Assembly (NCBI GenBank): GCA_016214885.1
Contig: JACRMP010000015.1
Location: 13,420-77,419 of the forward strand
Direction: 5' to 3'
From: Candidatus Gottesmanbacteria bacterium
Lineage (GTDB): Bacteria; Patescibacteriota; Microgenomatia; UBA10105; UBA927
Length of the DNA: 64,000 nucleotides
Under the pieces are notes generated by a model. The model did not search any database. It was not told the origin of the DNA and worked only from the letters and a program-made list of their open reading frames with translations. Shown here one piece after another: positions 9,072 to 19,122 of this stretch (the stretch's first letter is position 1; every line of letters starts with the position of its first letter). Made by a program: the position numbers and the translations under genes.

Positions 9072-9638
9072 TTAACCCAGCATTTTGAGGGCTGATTTTA
9101 TTTTGTGTTCGAGTGATCCCTCTATGGGTACCTTTTTGGCTGCCTCTTTTGCCTCTTTGCGGTCAAAGCCCATGGACATGAGAGCCGCGATCACTTGGTT
9201 TGTTTCCGGATTTTCTTCGCCGGAAAGGTCGAGGTCGGACGTACTCCCTAATTTGCTTTTGAGTTCTATGATTATTTTTTGCGCGTTCTTTTTTCCCAGG
9301 CGGGGGACAGCGGTAAAAAATTCGACATCAGATGCAATAATCGCCCGTTTGATGGTATCACTTCCCCGATCGAGTACCCCAAGTGCTGTTTTGGGGCCGA
9401 TGCCGGAAACACCCAAAAGCAGTTCAAAAAGACTCAGTTCGTCTTCGGTGGAAAATCCGAAGAGTATCAGCGCATCCTCGCGGACATGGGTGTAGGTAAG
9501 TAAGGAGATTTTTTCCCCAAGAATTGCCGTAGTGAGTAGCCGCTGCGGCACGTAAACCGCATATCCCACATCATGTACATCCAGCACGAGGGGATTATGG
9601 TGCATGCGGACAATGGTTCCGGTAAGTTGAGCGATCAT
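9072..9638 (-). CDS. ruvA: Holliday junction DNA-binding protein RuvA
   Basis: MIAQLTG, HVREDA..LFGF, VSGIGPKTAL, LGKKNAQKIIIELK. Confidence 0.96.
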   Translation of the reverse strand: MIAQLTGTIVRMHHNPLVLDVHDVGYAVYVPQRLLTTAILGEKISLLTYTHVREDALILFGFSTEDELSLFELLLGVSGIGPKTALGVLDRGSDTIKRAIIASDVEFFTAVPRLGKKNAQKIIIELKSKLGSTSDLDLSGEENPETNQVIAALMSMGFDRKEAKEAAKKVPIEGSLEHKIKSALKMLG

Positions 9639-10126
9639 GATGTCTTTGTCTTTAACTTATACGAGAATCCATGGGTAACTGCAATAGCAAGGGCGTCGGC
9701 CGTGTCGTCGGGAGTGGGAACTTCTTTAAGCCGAAGGATGCGTGTTACCATTTTGCCTACCTGGGCTTTTTCTGCCGACCCGCTGCCGCAGATTGTTTTT
9801 TTGACGGTGCCGGGGCTGTATGAAGCAAGCGGAATATGCGCTTGGGCTGCCACCAGGAGGATAACGCCGCGCGCTTGGCCTACCGCAATTGCTGTTTTTG
9901 CATTGGTGGAAAAGTATAGGTCTTCGACCCCTATTTCGTCGGGGTGGTAAGTGTTGAGGAGTTTGGTGAACGAAGCATAAATCTGTGCCAAACGGTCCTG
10001 AGGCAGATCGATTTTATCGGTGGTTATGCATCCGTATGCCTTAGCGCGGATCACTCCCTTATCATCTTCTATAACACCCCACCCGACGCGCGCTGTCCCG
10101 GGATCTACACCTAGTATCGTTTTCAT
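9635..10126 (-). CDS. ruvC: Crossover junction endodeoxyribonuclease RuvC
   Basis: ILGVDPG..GWG, VEDLYF..N, VGQARGV, PDDTADALAIA; start may be 10135. Confidence 0.96.
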   Translation of the reverse strand: MKTILGVDPGTARVGWGVIEDDKGVIRAKAYGCITTDKIDLPQDRLAQIYASFTKLLNTYHPDEIGVEDLYFSTNAKTAIAVGQARGVILLVAAQAHIPLASYSPGTVKKTICGSGSAEKAQVGKMVTRILRLKEVPTPDDTADALAIAVTHGFSYKLKTKTS

Positions 10127-10219
10127 GTGTTCCATTTATAACATGAGGGGTACTGTATTGCCATTGCCGGGGGGACAGGGTGTGTTTATGATATAGTCGA
10201 AGATAAGGAAGAGGTACGT

Positions 10220-12019
10220 GTGATGCCAAAGAAATTATTTATGTGGAAATGGGATATCCTCACCGTGCTGTGGGGTATATGGCTACTCACCATTATTTTA
10301 TTTTGCGTATTCATTATATATGCGTATCTCGTTGGCGCTGCAAAAATACCCCGGTTAGTTACAGACGCCTTCATACAAACAGCAATATTGGTTGATATAA
10401 CCGCAGGAGGAATTGCATTTGGGCTACTCGTATTCGTCGGTCTTTACCGGGTGTTCCTTAAAAGCAATATTGTCCGCGCGGGAAGCCCCGGTGCCATGGG
10501 AGTTATTTCATCTTATGTCCGGTATAGCGGTATACTGCTTATACTCCCGCTGTATCTTTTTTTCCGTCTCCTGAATCTGCCGAAGTTTATAGTACTTATC
10601 AGGACAAATAAACTCAGCTTAATACGGCCGGGATCGGTAATAAAACGGGTCGCCGAAATAATCACCGTCATTCTTATACTTCTTCCTGTTTGGATGGGTG
10701 TTTATTATCTCGCTGGATACGCCGTAGTAAATGCATTGGGATATGTCGCTGAGCCGCAGGCAATTTCAGGAACTGGATCCATGTATCCGACATTTCCCAA
10801 AGGAGAGGGTGATGATAAATTGGCATTATCCAAACAAGTGGTCGGTACTCCGGGAATGTTCCGGTATCCCAATGGATTGGTGGCTTTCGGCAAAAGATAT
10901 TTCGGGTATGAGCTGGGAAGAGGGGATATCGTCGTAGCGGAAAACAATGAGATCAGGGAGCGAACCCGGGAAACCTACGGCGAACCGGGTGGCTGGGTGA
11001 AACGGATTATCGGACTCCCGGGCGACACGCTGGAGCTGCGCAGCGGAACCGTATACCTTAACGGTGAGCCGATGAGGGAGAAATACACTGCCAAGCCCCA
11101 GTCTACCTTCGGCCAGGCATTTTTAGGGGAATGTAAAAAAATAACCGTTCCGGAAAATTCCTTATTCCTTATGGGCGATAATAGAAAAGGAAGCGGTGAT
11201 TCACGGGATATGGGGTTTGTCGGGGTTAATGCCGTTAATCACGTTATCCCCCTCAAAAGCCAGATCGGTGTGCTGGATCACGGATGGCGCGATACGGCTG
11301 CTGACTTTGATGACACAAATAAAATACGGCTGGATGTGGAGGAATATATCAGACTTCTCAACGAGAAACGGAGGGAAGCAGGAGTCAAGCCGGTTTCGTA
11401 TCAGGCAAAACTTGCTATATCAGCTGAGAAGCGCGGGGAAGTAATGCTCAAATACGACGATTTTTCCTTTGAAGCGACCCGCAGCGGCTATACAATGTCC
11501 GACGCCATGCGGGATGCAAATTACTCCAATATTGTTTGGGGCGAAGCGCCAACACTAGGGTATTATGAAGCGGAGGAGCTCATAGAAAATCAGTTTCAGT
11601 TTCCGGAATCCAAAAAGTTTTTGCTTGATGCTACGTTCCAGGATGTGGGGGTAAGTGAAGTTGTTGGTGCCATAAACGGGTGCCCCACCCAGGTTATCGT
11701 GGCGCATTTTGCCGGCTATGTGCCGCCTAATTATACGAAAGAAGTGGTGGACTCATGGAAGCTCGCCCTTACCCGGCTTATGGAGATACAGCCGGGGTGG
11801 AATAGTCTCACTAACGTGTTTTCCGTGTATGATGCCCATAAAGAGGAAGTAAACCGCATGAACGAAATCATCGCCATACGGATAACGAATATCCGCAGTA
11901 TTGTATCCAGGATGGAAGCAAACCAATGGCTTACGGCGGAGCAGAATGCATTTATACGTATTGATGAACAATTAGCCAAAGAGCAGGATTCATTGGCCAC
12001 AAAATTGAACAGTTACTGA
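10220..12019 (+). CDS. lepB: Signal peptidase I (S26) with extended N-terminal membrane region, fused to a C-terminal CAP/SCP-like domain
   Basis: GSMYPT (Ser), VKRIIGLPGD (Lys), MGDNR..S.DSR; then LNEKRREAGV.P....KL..SA..R...M CAP-like segment. Confidence 0.85.
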   Translation: MMPKKLFMWKWDILTVLWGIWLLTIILFCVFIIYAYLVGAAKIPRLVTDAFIQTAILVDITAGGIAFGLLVFVGLYRVFLKSNIVRAGSPGAMGVISSYVRYSGILLILPLYLFFRLLNLPKFIVLIRTNKLSLIRPGSVIKRVAEIITVILILLPVWMGVYYLAGYAVVNALGYVAEPQAISGTGSMYPTFPKGEGDDKLALSKQVVGTPGMFRYPNGLVAFGKRYFGYELGRGDIVVAENNEIRERTRETYGEPGGWVKRIIGLPGDTLELRSGTVYLNGEPMREKYTAKPQSTFGQAFLGECKKITVPENSLFLMGDNRKGSGDSRDMGFVGVNAVNHVIPLKSQIGVLDHGWRDTAADFDDTNKIRLDVEEYIRLLNEKRREAGVKPVSYQAKLAISAEKRGEVMLKYDDFSFEATRSGYTMSDAMRDANYSNIVWGEAPTLGYYEAEELIENQFQFPESKKFLLDATFQDVGVSEVVGAINGCPTQVIVAHFAGYVPPNYTKEVVDSWKLALTRLMEIQPGWNSLTNVFSVYDAHKEEVNRMNEIIAIRITNIRSIVSRMEANQWLTAEQNAFIRIDEQLAKEQDSLATKLNSY

Positions 12020-12042
12020 TTAAAAAACGGTATACTAGTCTT

Positions 12043-12423
12043 ATGCCACTATTTCAGTTTATCGGGGCAGCAATCGGAGGAAGTGTTGTCATCGCTTTTG
12101 CCAGTCTCATATGGCCGAGGATCTCGTCTGACCCGAGGCCTACAGCGCTAACCAAAGTGAGGGATATGGTCATAGAAACACCAGCCGGGGCCAATCTTGC
12201 CAACGTGCTCGGTGTAGCCGATGAATCAGCCGCTGAGCCCATAAATATAAGCGACCTCGTAACCACCGGTACCAATGCGGTTATCAATACGGTGGCAACC
12301 ACGGCGCAACGGACAGTGACTAACCGGATGCTAGAGACGTTAGCGGGCCAGTTTAACGGTCTTCCTGAAGAGGATAAGGCTTCATTCCGCGCGCAGATCT
12401 GTGATCCCGCGCCCCAGCAATAA
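12043..12423 (+). CDS. Hypothetical membrane-anchored protein
   Basis: 126-aa ORF with N-terminal TM; TATACT ends 6 nt before ATG. Confidence 0.7.
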   Translation: MPLFQFIGAAIGGSVVIAFASLIWPRISSDPRPTALTKVRDMVIETPAGANLANVLGVADESAAEPINISDLVTTGTNAVINTVATTAQRTVTNRMLETLAGQFNGLPEEDKASFRAQICDPAPQQ

Positions 12424-12426
12424 TGG

Positions 12427-13530
12427 TCATTTTTTTTTGGTGCTGACAAGGCTCCATGATGCAATAAGTGTGGTAAGGGGAACGGCTATAATAAGTCCGA
12501 AGCTGCCCGACAGTGTGCGTACAATTTCTTCCACAATCAATTCACTATTAAGTATCGACCAAAGAGGGTAATGGTTAGGATTGGTTACCAGAATGATAAA
12601 AATAGGCAGTGATGCTCCCGCATAGGCAAGTACTAATGTATTTACCAGTGACGATACATGTTCCCTTCCTACGCGGAGACCGGCACCCATCAGTTCAATG
12701 AACGTAAGTTTTGCATTTGCCCGGTAGAGTTCAAATACGGCTGCCGTAAGCCCGGTCGTCACATCGTCCAAAACACCAAGCGCACCGATCAGAATACCTC
12801 CCAGCAATAAACCGCGGAAGTTGACGATAGACAGCGCACCTAATTTGAGCGAGTATGCATCCTCACTCCCAAGTCCTGTCAGGTGGAGTGAATGTACAAA
12901 GAATACGGAAAGTATTCCCGTAATGAGAAGTGTCAACGCGGTAGCGGCAAGGGCAACGGTGGTTTGTCGGGAAAACCCGTGAGCCAGATATATGGTTGTG
13001 ATCATGATGGCAAGTGACCCAAGTATGCTGATGGTGAGTGGATCATGACCCGCAAGAATACTGGGGACTATGTATTTGGCGATAACCAACAGGCTTATTC
13101 CCATGCCGATTATTGATCCGATGCCCCGCCATTGGCTGAGCAGGATAACACCCGCCGCAAATGCGACAAGAAATGGAACGAGGAGGTTAAGGCGGTAACG
13201 GTCGATAATCTGAAAAGTTGGAGCACCGTCGGTTCCCGTTGTTTCAAGCACGACTACTGTTTGTCCCGGTGCTACAAATTTGTCCTTATCTATGGAAAAA
13301 AGCGATCCATGATCCACTGTAATTGTTTTGTTCCTCAGATTGCCGTCAAGAAAGGTGACTTCTACAATCTGATAGGGAAGGCTCATGCCGTTATTGGTGC
13401 GCACTCCTTCTTCTGCCACCTTTTCTACACGTGCCCGGTGCTGGGAGTCCTGCAACTGCTGGGCGTATACGGGAGGAACTATAACAGAGAGAAAAATAAC
13501 GACCGCGGAGACGAATAGCAGTATGCGCAT
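12427..13530 (-). CDS. YibE/F-family membrane protein
   Basis: IIDRYR, IGALGVLDDVT, VNTLVLAYAGASLP, EEIVRTL motifs. Confidence 0.9.
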   Translation of the reverse strand: MRILLFVSAVVIFLSVIVPPVYAQQLQDSQHRARVEKVAEEGVRTNNGMSLPYQIVEVTFLDGNLRNKTITVDHGSLFSIDKDKFVAPGQTVVVLETTGTDGAPTFQIIDRYRLNLLVPFLVAFAAGVILLSQWRGIGSIIGMGISLLVIAKYIVPSILAGHDPLTISILGSLAIMITTIYLAHGFSRQTTVALAATALTLLITGILSVFFVHSLHLTGLGSEDAYSLKLGALSIVNFRGLLLGGILIGALGVLDDVTTGLTAAVFELYRANAKLTFIELMGAGLRVGREHVSSLVNTLVLAYAGASLPIFIILVTNPNHYPLWSILNSELIVEEIVRTLSGSFGLIIAVPLTTLIASWSLVSTKKK

Positions 13531-13591
13531 GGTGCTATTTTAGCAGGATAATTACATAGCGTGAACCATGGGGTAAACGGTTTGCCATATA

Positions 13592-13620
13592 TTGACAAAT
13601 GCAAGTTACTTGCATATACT
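13592..13620 (+). promoter_or_regulatory. Sigma70 promoter containing a palindromic Fur/Zur-type operator
   Basis: TTGACA(13592)-17 nt-TATACT(13615); perfect 8-1-8 inverted repeat ATGCAAGT-T-ACTTGCAT at 13599-13615. Confidence 0.8.
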
Positions 13621-13627
13621 GCAGTTA

Positions 13628-14059
13628 ATGAAATCCGTTTCCAATCCACATGATTGTAGGGAAGAGCTTCGTAGGCTTGAAATGCGGGTTACACCTGCGC
13701 GTTTAGGGGTGCTTGATGTTTTGGAACACGCCGAAGTACCGCTCGATGTATCCACCGTTATTGCTTATTTGGACAAGCAACAGATACCGGCCGATGAAGT
13801 AACCGTATTCCGGATACTGAACGCATTCAGCAAAAAGGGTCTCATTCGTCCGGTGCAGTTTAACGAAGGCAAGCTCCGTTATGAATATGCGGATAAACCA
13901 CCGCATCACCATTTTATCTGTGAGCAGTGCGGGAGTGTGTCTGATGTTGAGGGATGTGTTGTGGGGGAATTGGAAAAGCAAATTGAAAAAAAGACAGGTG
14001 CCCGGGTGACCAGGCATTCGTTGGAATTTTTCGGAATCTGCCGGAGGTGCGGGGTATGA
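13628..14059 (+). CDS. Fur-family (probably Zur) transcriptional regulator
   Basis: RVTPAR, TVFRIL, HHHFICEQCG, C-terminal CRRC; coupled to a ZIP transporter. Confidence 0.92.
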   Translation: MKSVSNPHDCREELRRLEMRVTPARLGVLDVLEHAEVPLDVSTVIAYLDKQQIPADEVTVFRILNAFSKKGLIRPVQFNEGKLRYEYADKPPHHHFICEQCGSVSDVEGCVVGELEKQIEKKTGARVTRHSLEFFGICRRCGV

Positions 14060-14802
14060 CAACGTTTTATGTGATGCTGTCCGTTATTATAGTAAGTCTT
14101 TTATCGCTCGTCGGTGCAGGATTTATTATTTTCCGGAGAAAAAGTATCACCTCCATGATTACGTATGCCTTGGCATTTTCGTCCGGCGTCATGTTGGGTT
14201 CTACCTTCTTTGACCTGCTTCCTGAAAGTGTAGAGCTCCTCCCTGATGCAGCATTTACCTATGTCCTTGCCGGATTTGTATCTTTTTTTGCACTGGAAAA
14301 ACTTATTTCATGGCACCACCATGTTGAGGGGCGTCACGTACATGAGGAAAAGCCGGTGGCAATCCTTACACTTATTGGGGACGCCATCCATAATTTTGTT
14401 GATGGTGCTGTTATTGCCGGAGCTTATTTGGTGTCGGTGCCGTTGGGGGTGACGACTACCCTTGCTGTTATTGCACATGAGATTCCGCATGAGCTTAGTG
14501 ATTTTCTGATTCTTATCCACGGGGGATTATCCAACAGAAGGGCGCTTGTATATAACTATATTTCCGCGGCAACGGCCATTTTGGGAGCTATGGTTGTGCT
14601 GTTTGTTTCGGATAGAGTCGGTATTCTGGAACAGTATCTTATCCCGGTGGCTGCGGGTAATTTTCTTTACATCGTGGCGAGCGATCTTATCCCCGAGCTC
14701 TTAACGAAGCGAAAGGGAAGTGAATCAGTGTGGCAGCTCTTGCTTTTGGCTGCAGGTCTTATGGTGGTGCCCCTCGTTTCCCGCCTCTTTGGCGCCGTGT
14801 AA
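14056..14802 (+). CDS. ZIP-family zinc transporter
   Basis: [10 protein letters not shown] and HEIPHE metal motifs; His-rich loop [11 protein letters not shown]. Confidence 0.93.
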   Translation: MTTFYVMLSVIIVSLLSLVGAGFIIFRRKSITSMITYALAFSSGVMLGSTFFDLLPESVELLPDAAFTYVLAGFVSFFALEKLISWHHHVEGRHVHEEKPVAILTLIGDAIHNFVDGAVIAGAYLVSVPLGVTTTLAVIAHEIPHELSDFLILIHGGLSNRRALVYNYISAATAILGAMVVLFVSDRVGILEQYLIPVAAGNFLYIVASDLIPELLTKRKGSESVWQLLLLAAGLMVVPLVSRLFGAV

Positions 14803-14824
14803 TCATGCTACAATAAGTAGCAAC

Positions 14825-15832
14825 ATGGACGAAGATCTTAAAAAACGCGCCACGGAACTCCTTATACGCCTTGATATGGACGGAATGCGTAAGCATATCC
14901 GTGAGCTGGAAGCGCAAAGTATGCATGAAAATTTCTGGAAAGATCCGGAAACTGCTGCAGGAATTATGCAGGAGCTTGCAGCTTTGCAAAAAGAACTATC
15001 CGAAGCTGAAGACTTTTCCCTGCTTCTCGAACTCGGGGAGGAAGAAAAGCTGCGGAGTGAAATAACCCGGCTTGAATTTGCTCTCTATTTGTCCGGCGAG
15101 TATGACAAAGGCAACGCGATCATAGCGCTTCATGCCGGCCAGGGAGGCACCGAAGCCATGGATTGGACACAGATGTTATACCGGATGTATACGCGCTATA
15201 TAGAGCGTAAAGGATGGAAGATGGAGGAAATGGATTATACCCCGGGGGACGAGGCGGGAATAAAAAGTGTCACTTTAGAGGTAACGGGGCGGTTTGCCTT
15301 CGGTTTTCTGAAAGCTGAGGCGGGTGTACACCGTTTGGTGCGTCAGTCGCCGTTTAACGCGGATAAGCTTAGACAGACATCGTTTGCCATGGTGGAGGTG
15401 CTCCCTATCGTCAACGAAGTGGGGGTAGAGTTCCGTGAAGAAGATTTGGAATGGGAGTTTTATAGAAGCGGAGGAAAAGGCGGGCAGAATGTAAATAAGG
15501 TTTCTACCGCCGTACGGCTTAAACATAAGCCTACCGGTATTATTGTCGCGAGCCAGGCACAGCGGTATCAGGGGCAAAACCGTGAGTTTGCCATCAAAAT
15601 GCTGAAGGCTAAACTGTGGGAGATGGAAGAAGCGAAACGGAGAAGCCAGGATAAGGCATTCAGAGGTGAGTATAAAACTCCCGGCTGGGGCAATCAAATA
15701 CGTTCGTATGTTCTTCACCCGTATCATATGGTAAAGGATTTGCGCACTGAATACGAAACAAGTGCAACAGACAAAGTGCTCGACGGTGATTTGGAAGATT
15801 TCATCCTGGCATACTTGAAAAAATATTCATAA
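14825..15832 (+). CDS. prfB: Peptide chain release factor 2, continuous ORF without programmed frameshift
   Basis: [11 protein letters not shown] (SPF), [10 protein letters not shown] (GGQ), WGNQIRSYV. Confidence 0.96.
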   Translation: MDEDLKKRATELLIRLDMDGMRKHIRELEAQSMHENFWKDPETAAGIMQELAALQKELSEAEDFSLLLELGEEEKLRSEITRLEFALYLSGEYDKGNAIIALHAGQGGTEAMDWTQMLYRMYTRYIERKGWKMEEMDYTPGDEAGIKSVTLEVTGRFAFGFLKAEAGVHRLVRQSPFNADKLRQTSFAMVEVLPIVNEVGVEFREEDLEWEFYRSGGKGGQNVNKVSTAVRLKHKPTGIIVASQAQRYQGQNREFAIKMLKAKLWEMEEAKRRSQDKAFRGEYKTPGWGNQIRSYVLHPYHMVKDLRTEYETSATDKVLDGDLEDFILAYLKKYS

Positions 15833-15850
15833 GCCGTGATAATGGATAAT

Positions 15851-16318
15851 ATGAGACAAACACCACAGGAAGTTCCTCAGGATAATGTACTCCGTCCGCT
15901 TGATGCAAAAGGAAATGCCATAGATATGAAGCAGACAAAAAAAGATGCCGTAGTTGTATTGGTGGTATATATCGTGCTTATGCTCTTTGGAGTAGGAACA
16001 GGATACCTTCTGAGTCAAAAGAGTAGTAGCGTACTTACCCCTAAGGGAACGCCGATTACTACCAATAAAGTCGTGGGTGTCCAGGACGCCTCGACGTTTA
16101 AGGACTGTGCGACAGGTAAAATCGAAAAAGAGGGATTTGAAGGAGAGGGAACCCATAAGCTTATCCGTGATGGTGGACCGTCACAGACGGCATATCTTAT
16201 TTCATCCATCGTAGATCTTGATCAGTATGTTAATTTAACCGTGAAAGTATGCGGCCAGACACTGGGTGCCAAAAAAGTTTCGTGGCTCATGGATGTAGGC
16301 CGCCTTGAACTTGAATGA
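15851..16318 (+). CDS. Hypothetical single-TM protein with extracytoplasmic beta-rich domain, coupled to ftsE
   Basis: TM segment followed by EGTHKLIRDGGPSQTAYL; ATGA overlap with ftsE; start could be 15842. Confidence 0.75.
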   Translation: MRQTPQEVPQDNVLRPLDAKGNAIDMKQTKKDAVVVLVVYIVLMLFGVGTGYLLSQKSSSVLTPKGTPITTNKVVGVQDASTFKDCATGKIEKEGFEGEGTHKLIRDGGPSQTAYLISSIVDLDQYVNLTVKVCGQTLGAKKVSWLMDVGRLELE

Positions 16319-17043
16319 TTAACTTCAATAACGTCTCCAAATATTATCCCGGTAAAGTTCCGGGACTCGTTGACGTAACCCTGGAAATACCGGCAGGTGA
16401 TTTTGTATTTTTGATCGGTCCGTCAGGCAGCGGTAAAACAACATTCCTGCGCCTCCTTATCCGGGATCTGGTTGCATCTGCCGGCACGCTTACTATTGAT
16501 GAAACTGACGTAAGCCGTTTAACCAGCAGTAACCTGTATTTACTGCGGAGAAAAGTCGGTATCGTATTCCAGGATTTTAAATTACTTCTCGACCGCACGG
16601 TGTTTGAAAATGTAGCGATGGTTTTGGAGATACTCGGTAAACCGGATAAAGAAATAGAGCAGGGGGTTATGAATGTGCTGCAGCTGGTGGGACTAGCTGA
16701 TAAAAAAAATCTTTTTCCTATGCAGCTTTCGGCGGGTGAAATGCAGCGGACAGCAATAGCCCGAGCAATCGTCGGAGGACCTAAGATTCTTTTAGCTGAC
16801 GAACCGACCGGTAATCTGGATCCAGACACTGCGTGGGGAATTATGGATATTCTGCAGGAGATTCATGGACTGGGGACCACGGTCATTGTTGCCAGCCACA
16901 ACGCCGATATTGTAAACAAAATGAGGAAAAGGACGCTTACCGTCCAGCATGGTAAAGTTGTACGCGACGAGGCCAAGGGGCACTATCATCTCGAAAAACA
17001 TACCAAGTCAGCCAAGGGAGGAAAACACGATGCCGCTCACTAG
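16315..17043 (+). CDS. ftsE: Cell-division ATP-binding protein FtsE
   Basis: GPSGSGKTT, LRRKVGIVFQDFKLL, LSAGEMQR, ADEPTGNLDP; adjacent to ftsX. Confidence 0.93.
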   Translation: MINFNNVSKYYPGKVPGLVDVTLEIPAGDFVFLIGPSGSGKTTFLRLLIRDLVASAGTLTIDETDVSRLTSSNLYLLRRKVGIVFQDFKLLLDRTVFENVAMVLEILGKPDKEIEQGVMNVLQLVGLADKKNLFPMQLSAGEMQRTAIARAIVGGPKILLADEPTGNLDPDTAWGIMDILQEIHGLGTTVIVASHNADIVNKMRKRTLTVQHGKVVRDEAKGHYHLEKHTKSAKGGKHDAAH

Positions 17044-17923
17044 AGAAGTACGCACCCATATACGAAGAAGCCCATACCAGGCGATGGCAGCAACACTTAC
17101 CATGTTTCTGACGTTTTTGGTTGGGGGCGTATTCTTTTTGGCGACGATGGCGTCGGTAAGCATCCTCGGCTATTTTGAGGGTAAACCCCAAGTTACGGTA
17201 TTTTTTACCCCAAAGGCAGGAGTGGTTGAAGCGGATAAGCTGAAAGCAACACTTGAAGCGACGGGTAAGGTATCAGGAACCCATTTTGTTTCAAAGGAGG
17301 ATGCGCTTGCCATATACCGCCAGCAAAACCAGAACGATCCGTTGCTTCTTGAGATGGTAACGGCGGATATTCTTCCCGCTTCACTCGAAATATCGGCAAA
17401 TAACCCGCAGGACTTGTCGGAGCTGGCGCGGGTTATCGAAGGTAGCGAAGGGGTGGATGAAGTGGTGTACCAACGGGATGTTGTGGACTCATTATTATCT
17501 TGGACAAATGCTATACGCCTGGTAGGCGGCATACTTGCCTTACTGTTAGTCCTTGATTCACTGCTTATCATCGGAACGGTTATTGCCATGAAGATAGCCC
17601 TTAAGCGCGACGAAATAGAAATATTAACCCTTGTCGGCGCCTCCCCCTGGACTATACGAGCCCCCTTTATCCTTGAAGGAGGATTCTACGGATTGGTCGG
17701 GGCAGGAAGTGCTTCGCTTTTATTAAGCGCGCTTTTGATTTGGCTCCGGCCGTATTTATATGCGTTTTTAAGTTCCATACCCGCGCTGAAAACGCTTTTA
17801 AGCAGCGCCGTAGCTTCTGAGTTTCTTATTGCTGTGGCCGTATTTTTAGCGGGTAATGTACTTATCGGATTTTGCCTGGGAGCGCTTGGTAGCTCGATCG
17901 CTATCAGGAGATATCTAAAATAG
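17030..17923 (+). CDS. ftsX: Cell-division permease FtsX
   Basis: SD AAGGGAGG; FVSKEDAL, LPASLEI, RDEIEILTLVGA..W.IR.PFILEG. Confidence 0.92.
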   Translation: MPLTREVRTHIRRSPYQAMAATLTMFLTFLVGGVFFLATMASVSILGYFEGKPQVTVFFTPKAGVVEADKLKATLEATGKVSGTHFVSKEDALAIYRQQNQNDPLLLEMVTADILPASLEISANNPQDLSELARVIEGSEGVDEVVYQRDVVDSLLSWTNAIRLVGGILALLLVLDSLLIIGTVIAMKIALKRDEIEILTLVGASPWTIRAPFILEGGFYGLVGAGSASLLLSALLIWLRPYLYAFLSSIPALKTLLSSAVASEFLIAVAVFLAGNVLIGFCLGALGSSIAIRRYLK

Positions 17924-17937
17924 TATCAGTACCCCGC

Positions 17938-19077
17938 ATGAGAACATTACTTCGGACGGTCACCATACTGCTCCTTCTCCTGCTCGTAGTATCACGGGTT
18001 TCTGCCCAGACGGCTGAACAAAATGAAAAGACAATTCAGGAGCTTAAGGATAAAATTTCCAGTCTTCAGACAGAGCAGAATACATTGTCAAAGCAGATAA
18101 CGCTTCTGGATTCCCAGATAAAGCTAACCGAGCTTCAGATCGGTTCCACGGAGAAAAAAATTGACGTCCTGGAAAATGAAATCGGGGAGTTGGCAGGAGA
18201 AATAAGCAGGTTGGAGGATCTTAAAACCAAACGGCTGGAGCTTGTGCTTCACCGGATACCACAGTCATATAAGCGGGCGTCTTCATCCCAATTTGGGTGG
18301 CTGCTTTTTAGCGACAACTTTTCCGAGCTTCTGACGCGCGCTAAGTATCTTGTTCAGGTGCAGGAGGAGGATACGACGCTGTATAAACAGCTTCAGCTGA
18401 CCCAAATGAACTATAACGAGCGGCGCGACGTCCGCGAGGCAAAAAAACTGGAACAGGAAACGCTGCGGAAAACACTTGAAAAACACACGAAAGACCTGGC
18501 TACCCAAAAAAAGCAGAAACAGGGCTTACTGGATCAGACCAAAAGCAGCGAGGTGGTATATCAGCGGTTGCTCGCCCAGGCTTTGGCGGAAAAGCAGGCG
18601 TTGGAGCGTGCTCTTGTAGATTCGGTTAAAGTTGGTCCGGTAAAGAAGGGTGACCCTATTGCCCTTGTGGGTAATACCGGTTTTCCCGGCTGTTCAACAG
18701 GCGCTCACCTCCATTTTGAAGTCCGGCAGGGGAGTAGCTGGGTGGATCCTTCTTCGTATCTTTCTAACAAAACGGTGAAGGATGAGCAGGGGGGCGGCGA
18801 TTGGACCGTGGGGAGCGGCAGCTGGAATTGGCCGTTATCCGATACGATCCGTTTAACCCAGCACTTCGGTAAAACTCCCTGGTCCTGGCGTTACGGCTAT
18901 TCGGGCGGCATCCATACGGGTTTTGACATGATATCGACGGGCAGCGAGGTGATACGCGCCCCCGCTGATGGTGATTTGTATTCTTCTTCTCAGTCATGCG
19001 GAACAAGCAGTGTTATAAAGATTAAATATATAGAACACGGGGGCGGTCTTATTAGTTTTTATCTTCATGTGCAATAA
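17938..19077 (+). CDS. EnvC/CwlO-like coiled-coil protein with M23 peptidase domain in permuted order
   Basis: Signal peptide, long coiled coil, then VGNTG..STGAHLHFEV preceding WPL...HTGFD...APADG...YLH. Confidence 0.88.
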   Translation: MRTLLRTVTILLLLLLVVSRVSAQTAEQNEKTIQELKDKISSLQTEQNTLSKQITLLDSQIKLTELQIGSTEKKIDVLENEIGELAGEISRLEDLKTKRLELVLHRIPQSYKRASSSQFGWLLFSDNFSELLTRAKYLVQVQEEDTTLYKQLQLTQMNYNERRDVREAKKLEQETLRKTLEKHTKDLATQKKQKQGLLDQTKSSEVVYQRLLAQALAEKQALERALVDSVKVGPVKKGDPIALVGNTGFPGCSTGAHLHFEVRQGSSWVDPSSYLSNKTVKDEQGGGDWTVGSGSWNWPLSDTIRLTQHFGKTPWSWRYGYSGGIHTGFDMISTGSEVIRAPADGDLYSSSQSCGTSSVIKIKYIEHGGGLISFYLHVQ

Positions 19078-19122
19078 ATCATACAGAAGCATCGCATCTG
19101 TACTGATACACTTATATTCCGC

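Noticed and set aside
14861-14878. Possible programmed +1 frameshift in prfB
   Set aside because: The equivalent site reads CTT GAT in frame, with no CTT-TGA and no internal SD; the ORF is continuous, which is common in bacteria.
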